64,000 nt of DNA from Chrysomallon squamiferum (Eukaryota; Animalia; Mollusca). Both the position numbers and the translations under genes were made by a program. Where the stretch lies: assembly GCA_012295275.1 (NCBI GenBank), contig CM022667.1:13206001-13270000 (forward strand), given 5' to 3'. Shown here in pieces: positions 30,497 through 45,406 of the stretch. Position 1 is the stretch's first letter, and the number at the start of each line of letters is the position of its first letter. The notes beneath the pieces were generated by a model. That model saw only the letters and a program-made list of their open reading frames with translations, made no database searches and was not told where the DNA came from.

Positions 30497-30717
30497 TTCA
30501 CAAGACTGGATGCAGCAGAGTCTTAGTGAAGTGATTGCTAATCTGAGAAATCGAATTCGTTAGAAATTTTTGAAAGAGCTAAATGATCGTTGAGTTATTG
30601 AATTAAATGGAAGAGAAGAAGAAATCGGAATTTAAAAATCAAAGCGTCGTCAGTACAGTTGTGTTACTGTTATTATCACTAAATTGTAAAACTACACTTA
30701 GTGGCAAAACAGTCACA

Positions 30718-30767
<50 letters not shown>

Positions 30768-31350
30768 TACCATTACTATTATTATTATTATTAATATTAT
30801 TGCTACTACTAATACGATTACCTCAGCAATGTGTATGTCTGTATGTGTGTGTGTGTATGTATGTATGTATGTATGTATGTATGTATGTGTATGTATGTGT
30901 ATATGTGTGTGTGTGCGTGTGTGTGTGTGTGCATGACTCGTTGAATGACTAACTCTGTACTTATTTTATTATCTTGTTTTTTCTGAATCACCAGATTAAA
31001 GTCTGTTTACTTCATCGCAAAATAACGACTGAATCACACCTTCTTTTTATCTTCATTTAAATTTTTTTTTTTAAAACACGAAAAAAAAAAAAAAAACCAG
31101 ACAAAGAAAACAAAATAAGAAAATTTAAATAATGTATATATTTACATACATATAAATAAAAAAAAAAGAAAAAAAATGAAGTAATTAAAACAAATAACCA
31201 AAAATTAAATAATAACGTTATCACGGAATGCTATGTTACAAAACATATTTCGACAACGTGTCTATCTTTGTTACTCTAAATACCTAAGTTATGATAAGTC
31301 CAATACAAGATTTTCACGTTTGATCCGTCTCAGATTTCAAACATTTCATA
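30497..31350 (+). repeat. Tandem duplication, copy 1 (~0.85 kb)
   Basis: Blocks TTCACAAGA.TGGATGCAG...GTCTTAGTGAAGTGATTGCTAATCTGAGAAATCGAATTCG, GCATGACTCG.TGAATGACTAACTCTGTAC and ATCTTTGTTACTCTAAATACCTAA recur in the same order in 31351-32338. Confidence 0.9.
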
Positions 31351-31544
31351 TTCACAAGATTGGATGCAGTGTCTTAGTGAAGTGATTGCTAATCTGAGAA
31401 ATCGAATTCGTTGAAATTTTGAAAGAGCTAAATGATGTTGTCAGTTTGCTGTGTCGTTGATTTATTGAATTAAATTGAAGACAAGAAGAAATCGGAGTTT
31501 AAAATCAAAGCATCGTCAATACACTTACTGCCAAAACAATCACA

Positions 31545-31580
<36 letters not shown>

Positions 31581-31623
31581 ATTATTAGTGCTAATACGAC
31601 TAAAATAATAATAATAATAATAA

Positions 31624-31672
<49 letters not shown>

Positions 31673-32338
31673 TGTATCAACAGTAGTAACAGCAGTAGTA
31701 ATGGTAGTAGCAGCAGAATCAGAATAGCAAAAGTAAGTTTTGCAGTAGTGATAGTAGTAATGGTTGTAGTGGTTGTGTTAGTAATTGAAATTGTACCATA
31801 ACAGTAGTATAAGTATTAAAAGTAGCAGCAGTCATGGTACTTATTTACAGAAGTAATCTACAGTTAGAAATGTTTCTTAGTAACGAGTGGTGCTTAAAAT
31901 GGAAGAATCGAGATGGTATCCCAGTGCGTACGTGTGTGTGTGTTTGTGTGTGTGTATCTGTCTGTTTGTGTGTCTGTGTGTCTGTGTGAGTGTTTATGTG
32001 TGTGTGCGTGTGTGTGTGTGTGTGTTTTGTGTGTATGTGTATATGTGTGTGCATGTGTGTGTGTGCGTGTTTGTGTGCGTGCATGACTCGCTGAATGACT
32101 AACTCTGTACTTATTTCATTATCTTGTTTCTTCTGAATCACAAGATTAAATTCTGGGAAACGTTTGCCTCATCGTAAAAATAATGAATGAATCACATTTT
32201 CTTTTTTATCTTTACTTTAATAAAAAAAAAAAAAAAAAAAAAAAAAAAGTTAAAAAGTTAAAACAAATATCACAGAATGTTATGTTACAAAAAATTATTT
32301 CGACAAAGAGTAAATCTTTGTTACTCTAAATACCTAAA
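31351..32338 (+). repeat. Tandem duplication, copy 2 (~1 kb, with an extra AAT/AGT microsatellite block)
   Basis: Collinear with 30497-31288, with scattered substitutions and indels. Confidence 0.9.
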
Positions 32339-34708
32339 GGAGAAAAAAAAAAAAAAAAAAAAAAATTTAAAAACAAGAAATAAGTTATCGTATTCACACA
32401 TGCTTTTCGTACATTTTTTCTTACAAACTTGCTTATCTCTCTCGTATATCCTAGAACTCTGTTATAAACAGCTTTTAACGCGATCTCGTCATTAAATTAA
32501 CACTTATTTTTCGCTTAAATAAAACGAAATTCTAAGAAAGAGGAAAGATAAAATCCTGTTTACTTCTGATTAAAAACAATTATGTTTCCAAAAATAGCGT
32601 TCTTCGGTGACTAATTTCGTAAACAACATTTAAAGTGTCTTGAAAACAACACGTAAGGAGTTTGTAAACGAAAACAGCTGTAATGTTTTTTTTTTTTTTT
32701 GTTTTTTTTTTTGTTTTGTTTCAGCGATGTTAAAATTTAGAAAGATTAAGAAACCGGTATCGCTCATACTAAATAAACGATGCGATAAGAATCGATAATT
32801 CAGTGTCAAGCGATTCGATACAACGCGTTGCGATTTCAGGCGATATGAACATAATTGATAATTATTCGGTCAGATAAGATGTGATGCAATATGCACTATG
32901 TGGCATGATGATATATATATATATACATGGTGTAAGTACGGTATGAATCAACACGGTAACGATGTAACTGATTCATACATTATTCGATCTGATAAGATGA
33001 TTATGACATGGTTATTATACACGGCCTGAATCATCACCTAAAGCATTATTATTCAAAACTATATTTCAGGATTTGATAAGACGCGATACGATTAAATAAG
33101 TTTTTATTTAATAATATTGTACGATTCCGTAAAACCTCAAAATCAGCATTTGGTAACATAGTATCTGACTACATAATAGTATCTATACAAAGCAACAGAT
33201 CAACGCAACGTGTGTTAAAATGTATTAAATTTCTAATTGGTAAACTGGAGTAAAATAACAGAAAACAAGCTCTGCGGGTACATTGCTTGATACAGAAGAA
33301 ACATCAGAAAACAGCACAACACAGCAATTGTTTTATGAAATAACCTATAATTTATTAGTTAAATTTTAAAATGGATATTTGCCTCTTTGTTTATTTTATC
33401 CTTTCGTCTCTTGCTTCTTCTTCATCGTCATTTTATCATTTTCCTGATTAGTATTATCATCTTCTTCGTCAATATCTTTTTTTTAAATCTTCTGGTTGAC
33501 CACAATCGTCATCATCATCGTCATTTCGTTTTCCTTCTCTACTTCATTTCCTTCTTCTTCTTCTTCATTTCCTTCTTCTTTTTTTTTTTTCTTTTTCCTT
33601 AGCCCACATTCATAATCTGATCAAAAGGACCGTTCTTGCATATATCTCTCACAAAGTTCAAAGCACTTAAAAAAAAAAAAAAAAAAAAATAATAAAAAAA
33701 ATAAACCTCGTTCTTAACAGACCCTTATAAAATAGAACTTGTCAAGCGATGTTATCACTTCTATCAGTCTGACGACTTTGATGAATTATGACTGAGAAAC
33801 GGATTACGATGTTGCGTTCTAATTTAGATTTCATGGCAGTCGATGCTGTCACTCGCTGTCACGGGCAATTGAAACTACAGCAATAAAACACGTCTAGAAT
33901 TTTTACACCGGATTCCCAGACGTGTGTGACGTAACCCCGTCTGAGTTCCTGAAACTCTTGGACAAGAAGCAGCAGCAGCAGGTTCCTTTGATGACGTGGG
34001 TTGAAGAGGAAAGAGATAAAGGAAGAGAGCCGGGGGTGGGTGTCTAGGGGGGGTGTCTAGGTCAGACGATGAAAAAGAAAATTGTGAATATGATTTAGAA
34101 TTTTTACTCCAGGTTTGTTTGTTTCATCTTTTTTTTTTTATCCCTTTATATATATATATATATATATATCTTTTCTTCTTTTTCTTAGTCGTCTTATAGA
34201 AAACGGTATGGTAAACAAAATGGAAGTGACGGAAAAAGAAGATACACGATGGTAATTACTTTTATTGTCTGAAATTAAAAAACAAAAACAAACAAACCAT
34301 CAACAACAAGAAGCAAACACGAAAAAACAACAACAAAAAAAAAAAAAAAAAAAAAAAAAATACAGTGAAGAAAATTTAAAAAGATGAATGGACAGTAATT
34401 ATAATAAATCTAAAAGGGTAATAGCACTACTTTTACACAAATCTATAGATTGTGAGATCAAATCTCGTGAAATGCTTCTTCCCTACAACTGATGTAATAA
34501 AACAAATGTAATAATAACAATAGCAATAACGACAACAACAACAAATACAACAGCAAGAACAAGAACAACAACAACAACAATAATAATTGTAATAATAATA
34601 ATAATAACAGATACACAGTGAGATTGACAGACAAATAGTCAGACAACTAGATAGGTAGATAGAAAACTAAACATGGAGAGACTAACACACATAGAGAGAC
34701 ATACAGAC

Positions 34709-34802
<94 letters not shown>

Positions 34803-35274
34803 ATAGGTAAATAGATATATAAATAGATACACCGAAAAACTGATAGACAGAGAGACAGGTAGATAGCGAGATAGACACGATAAATAGAGAGACAGATAGC
34901 TGGGCAGATGGACATATACGTAGATACACAAAACGATTGGTGGACAGAGAGCCAGAGATACAGACAGGCACATAAACAGACAAATAGTCAGCTATGTAGA
35001 TAAATAGATAAATAAAAGATATTTGATAGATAAATAGATATATAAAGAGACAGACAGATATACCAGTACATAGATAGACAGACAAACAGATATTAAATGT
35101 TTGTAAACTTCATTTCCAAGAATTAACTGCCACAGATAAACCACACTCGCACTGTAAATACGAAAATACACTGACATCAATAAAATGAATGTATTGTATG
35201 AAAAAAAAAAAAAAAAAACAACAACATAATAATAATAATAATAATAATACAATAACAATAACAATAACAATAAC

Positions 35275-35336
<62 letters not shown>

Positions 35337-35852
35337 GTTTATCCCACATAATTATGTTCTCCAAGGAGAAGCAAAAGTAAATATTTTTTTTTTTTTTTAC
35401 GACCGAAAAGTTAAAATAACAACAAACAGCTTGCATTAATAATGATAAAAACGAAATATATGAAGTAAATAATAATAAAAATAAAAAAAAAACCCAAAAC
35501 CAGAACGAGCTAATCTTTGGCATTATCAAGACCCTCCCTGCAATAAGCGCTTAGCACTTGTTTTCATTCCAACTCAACGGCGATTCTGAACTGCAGTGGC
35601 CAGATTATTTTCTTGGTTAAAAAGCAGAAGATATATGTAACGATGAAATGAATCCACACTGAAGATGTAGATGCTACTGGCTTGCAACGCCCGACCTTTC
35701 ATGTAGATGATTCGTAAAGATTACACGGTTCTGTGGGTAATTATGTTTCACCCCCGATAGAATGTTAATTATCACGTTTTGGGTTTTTTTTTTTTTTTTT
35801 CAGGATAGAAGTGATAGAGGAAGGAATGGAAGAGAGAGAGAGAGAGAGAGAG

Positions 35853-35911
<59 letters not shown>

Positions 35912-37861
35912 TGTGTTTGTGCGTATATGTGTGTTTAGATACAAGATGGATAGATAGTTATATTTAGATATCTTACAGAGAAACATGCATATACGTGCAC
36001 ATTCATACACACATACACATACTAATACACACTAACACATTCACAAGCACATGCAGATGCACACACACACACACACGCACACGTATACTTACATATACAA
36101 GCACAGATAAAAACAGGCTAAGCCTGAAGCGAGAGAAAAGAATTAAATGAAAAACAACAACAATAACATAAATTAATAAAAGGAAGGAAATTTAAAAACA
36201 GTAAGAAAAATAAAATATATAAAATGCAAATTAGTAAATAAGTAACTAAGTTAATATAGAAAAGAAATAAAATAAATGCGAATACGAAAAAAGAAAGAAG
36301 AAAATTAGCAAGTTAAGGACGAAAAATAGGAATCAATAAAATTTAAAGTAAAAAGCAAAGAAGAAAAATAAAAAGAACAAATAAAATTTAATTTATAGCA
36401 AACTCACAGTGAGAAAAAAAAAAGAAAAAAAAAAGAAAGAAAGACAAAAGAAAAAAAAATCGTATTATTTAAATTGAAACTAATAGAAAGTGCATCCGAA
36501 AAAAAAAAAAAAAATATATATAAGAAGAATGAAATTTTGTTTTTTTATCTTAACTCTGAATCATTCAGAAAAAATAGAAAATAAAATAAATCAATAAATA
36601 AATTAACAAAAAAAAAAAAGCAGCAAAACAGCCAATAAATCAGTAAACGTGATACATTTAGCCTTTTGTTCGTAAAGGAAAACAAGCTTAATACCGCACT
36701 TAAAGTTTTATTTCAAAATCGATTTGAAATCGCACCTTAATTTGTTTTTGTTTTTCAATAAATTTAATTTATTTGCAGACAGGACTGTGGTAATATATTT
36801 TTTACTACAGTTTTGTGAAATTTTAAAGCCATATAAATTTAATGTGTTTGAACATGTGAATGTTTATGAGAGGCTGAGGTACGTGTGTGTCTGATTTTGA
36901 TAGTTTGTGTGTGTTTGTTGGTGCACACGTTCGTGCGTGTATTTGTTAATTAATCTGGTCGGTTCTGTATTTAACAGCGTGGACATATGTGAGAATGGAT
37001 GCTTGAACGTGTGCGTGTGCGTGTGTGGTAATGCGTGCCAGTTTATTCGTATGTGTAAATGCAGTTTGTGATGGTTGTTCTCTGTGTTTGTGCGTAGAAG
37101 TGTAAAATCGTTTTTTCTTCTTCCTTCTTTCTATTTTCTGGGGAAAACTTATCTTTCTTTTTTGCTTCTGTTTCATTTTTCTTCCATTCTTTTCCTTTCT
37201 CAACCCGTACTTCTGTCTGAATATTATTTGTTTCATTCATCCATCCTTCTTTTTTCTTTCCTTCCGTTCTTTTTTTTTCTTACCTTTCCTTCATATATCT
37301 CGTTTCATTCTTTTCTTCTTTCTTTCCACTTCCATTCATTCACTCCGCTATTCCCTTCCTTCCTTCCTTCCATCCTTCTTTTCCAATCGTTTACAACTCC
37401 ATCAGTCAGGGCAAGTGTTATTATTATTTTATTTTTTCCCCCCTCCGTCAATTGTTTAATAGAAGGAAGTGGTAGGTAACAATTCCAGAGTCTGCTCCAT
37501 TCCATCACTTGTCACGTGTCAGATGCCACTTCAACGACGCCGCTCTCAGCCAGCTAACTTGTTTACTGGCACTGATGTTAATTTCAGAACACAGAAACAA
37601 CAGGTTTCGCAGAAAAGGTGCCCGATTGGCAATTTAGCAGACGTGAAAATCGTGCTTCTCGAAAACCGAAAGGATTCTGGTGGCAGAGAGAGAGAGAGAG
37701 AGAGAGCGAGAACAGAATGTGAGACACATTCAGACAGAGAGAGAGACATTAAGAATGTCAGAGAAGATGAAGAATAATAATAAGAAGAACACAGCAAAAA
37801 ATAATAACGACAACAGTGTTGTTGTTGCTACTACTACTGCTAATGATGATGGGGTGATGAC

Positions 37862-37985
37862 GTTGATTTTTAACGATGATAAACGAACTGTCGCTCTAAA
37901 TAATTATTAAAACACTAAGAGCATCATCATCATAAACAGCAACAACAACAACAATAAGAAGAATAATAAAAAAATAATAAGAACG

Positions 37986-38036
<51 letters not shown>

Positions 38037-38082
38037 TTGATTTTAACGATGATAAACGAACTGTCGCTGTAAATAATTATTA
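37862..38082 (+). repeat. Two copies of a ~47-bp unit (37862-37909 and 38036-38082) separated by AAC/AAT repeats
   Basis: GTTGATTTTAACGATGATAAACGAACTGTCGCT.TAAATAATTATTA occurs twice. Confidence 0.8.
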
Positions 38083-38553
38083 TAACATCGATAGGATCAG
38101 CAACAACAGCAGCAGCAACAACACCAAAAATAATAATAGGAAAAATGCGAACATAGTTGACACCTACTACTACAATATCACCGCCGATGACTGCAACAGC
38201 ATTTCTGAAAGCTGCATATATATATATATATCTCAAAATCAAAAAAAAAAAAAAATAAATAAAATAAAATAGAAAAAAATAAAACCAAGAAAAAAAACCA
38301 AAGAAACAATGCGTGTTATTGTTGTATGAACCGTAACAGTTACGCAATGAAATTATGTTATCGGATAACGCTAATGTTGTCATTTAATTCATTCCCTGCA
38401 TTCCCAGAACATAACTTAATAAATCTCTGTCTGTTTTGGGAGAACGATATGACAAAATACATTCTCACCCTGCCCCCAAGCGGTCATTTTTGTATGTACT
38501 TTCCGTTTCTGGCGCGCGCGCCTCAACAGGAATGCCAATCACGTCATCAGCAG

Positions 38554-38568
38554 GGGTCACGTGGTGCA
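38554..38568 (+). promoter_or_regulatory. DR3 element GGGTCA-CGT-GGTGCA (overlaps a CACGTG E-box)
   Basis: Read directly from the sequence; sits in a GC-rich motif cluster at 38511-38568. Confidence 0.5.
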
Positions 38569-39261
38569 TAGTTCGATATCTTGTTTTTTTTTTTTTTTTT
38601 TTTTTTTTTTTGGCTTGTATAGCGTTTTCGTGGTTGCGGTCGTTTCGACGCAAGGAATTGGCAAAGACAAAAAAAAAAAAAAAAAGAAAATAAAAGAAAA
38701 AAAAAATTAAGAAAATGTTGAGGGCGATTTCTGCTTAGACAAAAAAAAAAAAAAAAAAAAAAATAAAGAAGATGAAGAAGACGGAAAAAAACAGAAGTCT
38801 CGAAGAAGGAGAATAATTTAGTCGAGAACAAGGAATTTGTGGAATGCGAGAGGAATCATGGGTAAGGTGTGAGAAGGTTGGATGGTACAATCTGTTCAAC
38901 AGGTGTATCCATCGGTCGCTCTCACCTGAAGGGGGATGTTGCTTCTTTTTCCGTCTACCTTAATTACAAACAAGTTTCTTCTGTGTATTTGTGTGTATTT
39001 GAAAATAGCTTTTTAGCTCGGCACAAGAACAAGGGAAGATGGATTGATGAAGTTAACTTTATTTTTGTCGTTTATAACACAACACGGCAATACAGATAGT
39101 TGTGTAATTGCTTTAGTCTGTTTCTCAAGTTTAATCTTCTCAAGATGTTTTTCCAGTTGGTTATGTCTGATGGCCAGTTTTTTTTTTTGTGTTTTTTTTT
39201 TTTTTCAGTATTAGTGGAAGAGAGGATTGAAAAATAGATACATATACACATACATAAATTA

Positions 39262-39345
<84 letters not shown>

Positions 39346-40327
39346 AGAAGAAGAAGAAGACAGAGGGAGAGACGAGAGAGGGGGCATGTTAAAAGAGAAA
39401 AAAGAATAAGTTAGAGACTGAAAGAAATATGAAAGAAAGAAAAAGAAGTTAAGTTGCGAAGTAATGAAGAGAGTGAGGACAAAAACAAAGATAGATAATA
39501 CAAAAGAACAAAGATAATGCAATTAAATAAGGAAAGGGGTAAAATATAAAGAGAAAATGTAAAGAAAGAAGAAATGAAGAAAAAAAAAAAAGAAGAAAAG
39601 GAGCAAATACAAAATAGAAGAGGAAAAAACAGAAGAAAAAAACAACACCCAAACAACAACTACAACAGCAACAACAAAACAAGATGCCAGATATGTCCAC
39701 CGCACGACAGACTAAGCCGAAAAGTAACAAAAGACTGAGTTAAATGATAATATCATATTTACAGTTTATTTCTACTGACCCGCGAAGTCTGAAGTCTCTG
39801 GGAAAAGATCTCATCCTTTTCAAAGTTTCGAAAACTCTTTCAGTTTTAGCGACACAACATGCGGTTGTATGTTATACCTGGGATTAATTTTAATAAAAAA
39901 AAAAAATAGAATACTTTTTATTACGAAATAAACTCGAGAAAAGGAGTCTACAAAAAAAAAAAAGTGCCACCCTCAGCTCAGGTCAAGAAACCTCCATTAT
40001 TTCGTAACAAATTTCCCACACGAGTCTTTTTATCGAGACTCTTATTATCGTACTAAAAACGTCATCGAAATAACAGTGTTTGCAAACGACCACCAAAAGA
40101 ACGTAATTAATAAAATTCCGAGCACAATGTTGCCTACTTAGCACTGAAAAGAATCGTTTGTACGTCGCGATAAATTACCCACAATAGATCTGTCGTCGCG
40201 TTTTCTTCCTCTAAGTGAATGGGCCCCAGCAGGAGTTTTCAGATAGAAGACTTAAAGTTTTTTCTCTTCGGCCGACAGCGTATTGTGAATTTAATATTAA
40301 CTGGGCAGACACTTTTAATTGGCTTCC

Positions 40328-40384
<57 letters not shown>

Positions 40385-41055
40385 ATACAATTAAAAAAGC
40401 CCATGGAATGTCCCATATGATGTGTTGACGAGTTTCAGAGAGCCACCCTGCAAGAAGATGAGGGAAAAAAAGAGAAAGAAAGAAAGAAAACAAAACGTAA
40501 ATAAAAAAGCCGTTCACATTGTTTGGTTCATCAAGTTTTGATGTTCTTTTGGCGAGACGCTGTACTAAAATGCGAACTTATGAGAGAAAAAAAACTGCGA
40601 TGAAAGATTTGTAATACAGAAAAGAAAAGAAAAGAAAAGAAAATTAATAATAAAATTTAGTAATTCTGTTAGTTGATTTTAACGGGTCGTTTCATACGCC
40701 TTCTGAATTTTGTGAAAAATTGCGTTTTTATTATTTTTGTAAATGTGATAAAATAAAAAAAAAAATAAAAAAAAAAAGGTCCCGCTGTCGCCAAAGCAAA
40801 AATTTTGAAATATTTCCGAGAGATAAATAATATTACTGGTAACTGGGTCCATCTTTCCTTCACAATAAACCGTAACCCATCCAGCAGTCCATCCACGAAT
40901 GACAAATAGTTTCTTATTTCGTAGGAAGGTATGCTGCGTATGTTATGTGTGTGTATGTGTGTGTGTGTATGTGTAGGTATGTGTGTGTATGTGTGTGGGT
41001 GTGTATATGTATGTATATATGTATGCATGTATGTATATAGCTATATCTATCTATC

Positions 41056-41087
<32 letters not shown>

Positions 41088-41248
41088 TGTATGTATGTAT
41101 GTATGTATATACATACGTACGTGCACAACATAACACACACACATGACATATATGCATAGACACATACAAACCATGACAACAGATAAATATTAATACAAAA
41201 ATATGCTTAAGTTCCGCTTAGTATACATTCTTTCCATCCGACCGTCTT

Positions 41249-41295
<47 letters not shown>

Positions 41296-42544
41296 CTGTC
41301 TCTTATTATGTTACCAGCATCGTCTCTTCCTATGAGTTAAAATTCCCAACCTTTTTAAACAAACGTGACATCACGACATAAAAAAAAAAGAGAAAAAAAA
41401 GAAAAGAAAAAAAGACAAACACAACAGCACCTCAACGTCATTAGGCTTTTTGTTCACGCGAATACTTAACTAACGCTGACCACGAATTAATTAAGCATGA
41501 TCCCTTTTGACAATTAGCGAAGGAAGAGATAAGAAATGGTTACCAGTTGACGGTCAGGTTAATTAGTCCACTGGTCAGACTAGCCACTGTCCCCAGTAAC
41601 AGTCTCAAAGGTTTAATTAGTGCATGCGAGATATATTGAAATAAATGGTCCCAGCTGTTTGACAGCGGTTCTGAAATAGTCGTTAATGTGTTATAATGCT
41701 ACGAAGCAGCTTGAATTACTCATTAGTCAACGGTGGTTGAGATGAAGTAAAATTAGAATAGTACATGGCAGTATTGTTAAAAAAATCTCTCTCTGTCTGT
41801 CTGTCTGTCGATCAGTATTTTCTGTGTATGTGACTGTGTTGTGCGTCTATGTGTGTGTATCTGAATATACACGCATGAAATCACAACCGTATTAATACTT
41901 AGTCGCCTTTAATCCGAAAAACGAAGAATAATATCTGAATAAATTAAATAAATTAAATAAATAAATAAATTTTAAAAATCGTAAAATACCCATTGTTTTG
42001 ACATTGTTCATCAAAATGTGCCCGATTTGAACCCACTTCTAGTAATTTAAATATCGATTTAAAAGTTGTCATTACGGAAGTATGAGCTTTAGCTTCGTGA
42101 AATACCTGCCCCCCACCGCAACTCTCTTTATTTTTATTTTTATTTTTATTTTTTTTATTTATCCACGTAAACCATATGATTCACGTCGTCTGTTCAGACA
42201 ATAGCACGAAATCCTCCTGTTTATGACTGAATTATTTCACTTCGCACTGCCCGCTGTGTTCAAAGGCTGGACTCCAGCGGGCACAGACAACAAAACATTG
42301 CTAAAACACCGAGAAAACTGCCAATCGGACGCCGACATTTTCGTGTTGTTTTTTTTTGTTTGTTTTTTATAACTTTATTTTTCATTTTCTGTTTACGATT
42401 ATTAAAACTGTTTATTGAAGAGTAGAGACAGCTAAGAGCCAGAAATGTCACATCTTCTTAACAAGGACAGTAGGTAAAAATAAGTGATTATTATTTTTAT
42501 TTTTCACAAATGGATGAAGTAAAATTATTGGTATATCGTGTTGT

Positions 42545-42612
42545 GAAGGGCTGTAGATGAAGTGCTGTAGACGAAGGGCTGTAGATAAAGGGCTGTAGAT
42601 AAAGGCCTAGAT
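42545..42612 (+). repeat. 14-bp tandem repeat, ~5 units
   Basis: GAAGGGCTGTAGAT / GAAGTGCTGTAGAC / GAAGGGCTGTAGAT / AAAGGGCTGTAGAT / AAAGGCCTAGAT. Confidence 0.85.
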
Positions 42613-43351
42613 AGGTGATTATTATTTTTCACGTTTTAAAGAGGTTTTAGTAAAATCATATTACGGAATACAAATAAAAACATACGTAGACGGTGTTTCT
42701 GTTTTAAAGAAAAATACTATTAAGGTATGGACGTAGATGAAGAAATTACATACAAAATTATTACTAACATTTTTTTTTTACGTTTATAAAGCCAAGTGTA
42801 AATTATATCGCCTTACAATATATATATATACACACACACATACATACATACATACATACATGCATACACCCATACATACATCCATAACCATATATGGATG
42901 TATGCATGTGTGTATGTATGTATGTATGTATATATATGGATACACACACACAAACACACGTTTTAAACACTTTTCTCGCTTTTAACGTTATCATAATTAT
43001 GTGACCAATCCTTTTCTCATTACCATGACAGCTTGTAGTAATTTTCAACTCTTTATAGCCTTACGTTGTCGATTTCTTCATGATATCCTACGTACCTAAC
43101 ATTCCATTCGTCCGTTTGTTTTCCATCCGAATGTTCCCTAGAAGAACAGCTGTATATGGTCCGGACATGCAAGATAAATAAATTAAAAAAATCAGGTCAC
43201 AATCGGTGCATTTAGGTTAAAATTAATATTTTAAATAGAAAAAAAAAAAAAAAAAAAATCAAACGGATATCAAAATGTATGTATTAACCTTATTCAATAA
43301 TCAATATATTGGGAAAAAAAAAAAAAAAAATAATAATAATAATAATCATGA

Positions 43352-43402
<51 letters not shown>

Positions 43403-44045
43403 ACAAATAAAATAAAATAAAATAAAATAAGCCCTTTACGAAATATTAAGATTTAAACAATTTTTATTAATCAGTTAATTAATTTAATTAGCTGTAATAA
43501 CACTATTGTTATTATTAATTAATTTATCTGTATACTTATCTATTTGCTGGGTTATTTTTATTTACTTCAGTTTTGTTCGTAGTTGTTTTTTTTGTTTGTC
43601 GAGTGTACATACGTACAATTCAGATCAGACTGACTAAAACCGTAAATTCTTTTTTTTTTTGTCCAGTGTATCCGACATTGTTAGAGTACATCTAAAAGCC
43701 GAATTAATACCCGCACCGAGTACCATGTGAATTATTTATGTCAAAATTTCTCATTAGTGAAACGAAAACACTTTTGTACTAAACAAAGCGTGACCCTGTA
43801 TCATTATGCCATCAACATGCCATCTTCGGTGAGCGGGAAAACGCGCACTCATTAACCGACGTGTCAAAAACGGCAAAAGAAAAGGGCGGGAAATGCCAAA
43901 AGATCAATCGTACTGAGACAACTTTCCAAACGTTACCTATGATTTATTATTTTTTGTTTTCTACATTTTATTTTTATTTTATTTTATTTTATTTTATTTT
44001 ATTTTATTATTTATTTAATGTAATTACTACTGCTACTTAATAATG

Positions 44046-44123
<78 letters not shown>

Positions 44124-45120
44124 GAATAAAATAATATTATAATCTAAAATAAATTTTGATTCATTTTTGCAATCACGACATCATATCGGAAATTCAGAAA
44201 CACACTAACAACATTCTGAGTATCAACTACAGCAACAATACAGTTACTCGTTGCGCTATCATTATCGCTTCTGTTTATTTATTAAACAATATAAATTATT
44301 GATTAATAGAAAGAAAAAAAAGAGAAATATATATGTATCGTTTGTAAATTATTCACTCCTGTTTTCCATTAGTGAATTCGATACTGTTAATCAATAAAAT
44401 ATGACAGTCTGATTTAAAACGTGTAACATCAGATTTGAAAAAAACGGAGACATATAAATTTTTAAATTTTAATTATTTGCTGCTGACCCGCCTTATTCGC
44501 GGGTTTCTCATCCGCTGTTTCGACCAAATGCGGTACAAAAAGATTTAAAAATAAAATATAAATAAATAAACGATAATAAAATAAAATAAAATGAACGTAT
44601 TGTAAACTGTATTCTTATGGTGACATATTTATGATTCGCTAAAATTCTGTAGACAAGTTGATTTGGGTTTTGGCAGTTCTTAGTACTTATAGGTGGGATT
44701 TCAGTTTAAAAAAGACGTCAGTTTTATCTCATTTGTACGTCATTTTGTATTTATATATTTGTTTTTCATTCATTTTTTCGTTCATTTATTCATTCATTTG
44801 TTTGTTAGTTTGGGTATATTCTTATGTTTTATTTATTTTCATTTCAGTCTTATACATTTCTTTTATTTCTTTTTAATTTGTTTTTGCTTTGATTCGATCT
44901 GATTTATTTTTGGTTCTATGAAATTATTTTTATTTTTATTTCTCTTTCATTTTCATTCTTCTTTTTTCGTTCTTATTCTTTCTCTCTTTTTTTCTTTTTT
45001 TGTTGTTTTGTTTTTGCTCTTTTTATTTATTCCATTTCATTTTATATAATATTATATTCCATTTCTGTTTTCATTCCGTTTTTATTTTTTTTTTTTTTTT
45101 TATCTTTATTTGTATTCTAT

Positions 45121-45246
45121 TTTTCAGTTTTGATATGATTATATACTTTTATTTTTAATTTTAAATATACTTTTATTGCAGTTTATTTTAATGTTTAAAT
45201 TACGTCACTGTGAACAGACGACATTTTCTTTCAGAAAATGTACCGA
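45121..45246 (+). repeat. Local ~125-bp duplication, copy A
   Basis: TTTTAATG.TTAAATTACGTCACT.T.AACAGACGA.ATTTTCT..CAGAAAATG.ACCGA is shared with 46892-47009. Confidence 0.75.
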
Positions 45247-45338
45247 CCGACCTTCTGCACAAACAAAACGAGATTTGTAAACGAATAAACAAATCAATAA
45301 CGGTAGTGTATGTTTCACAAGCACTAGATGACCTCTGG

Positions 45339-45406
<68 letters not shown>

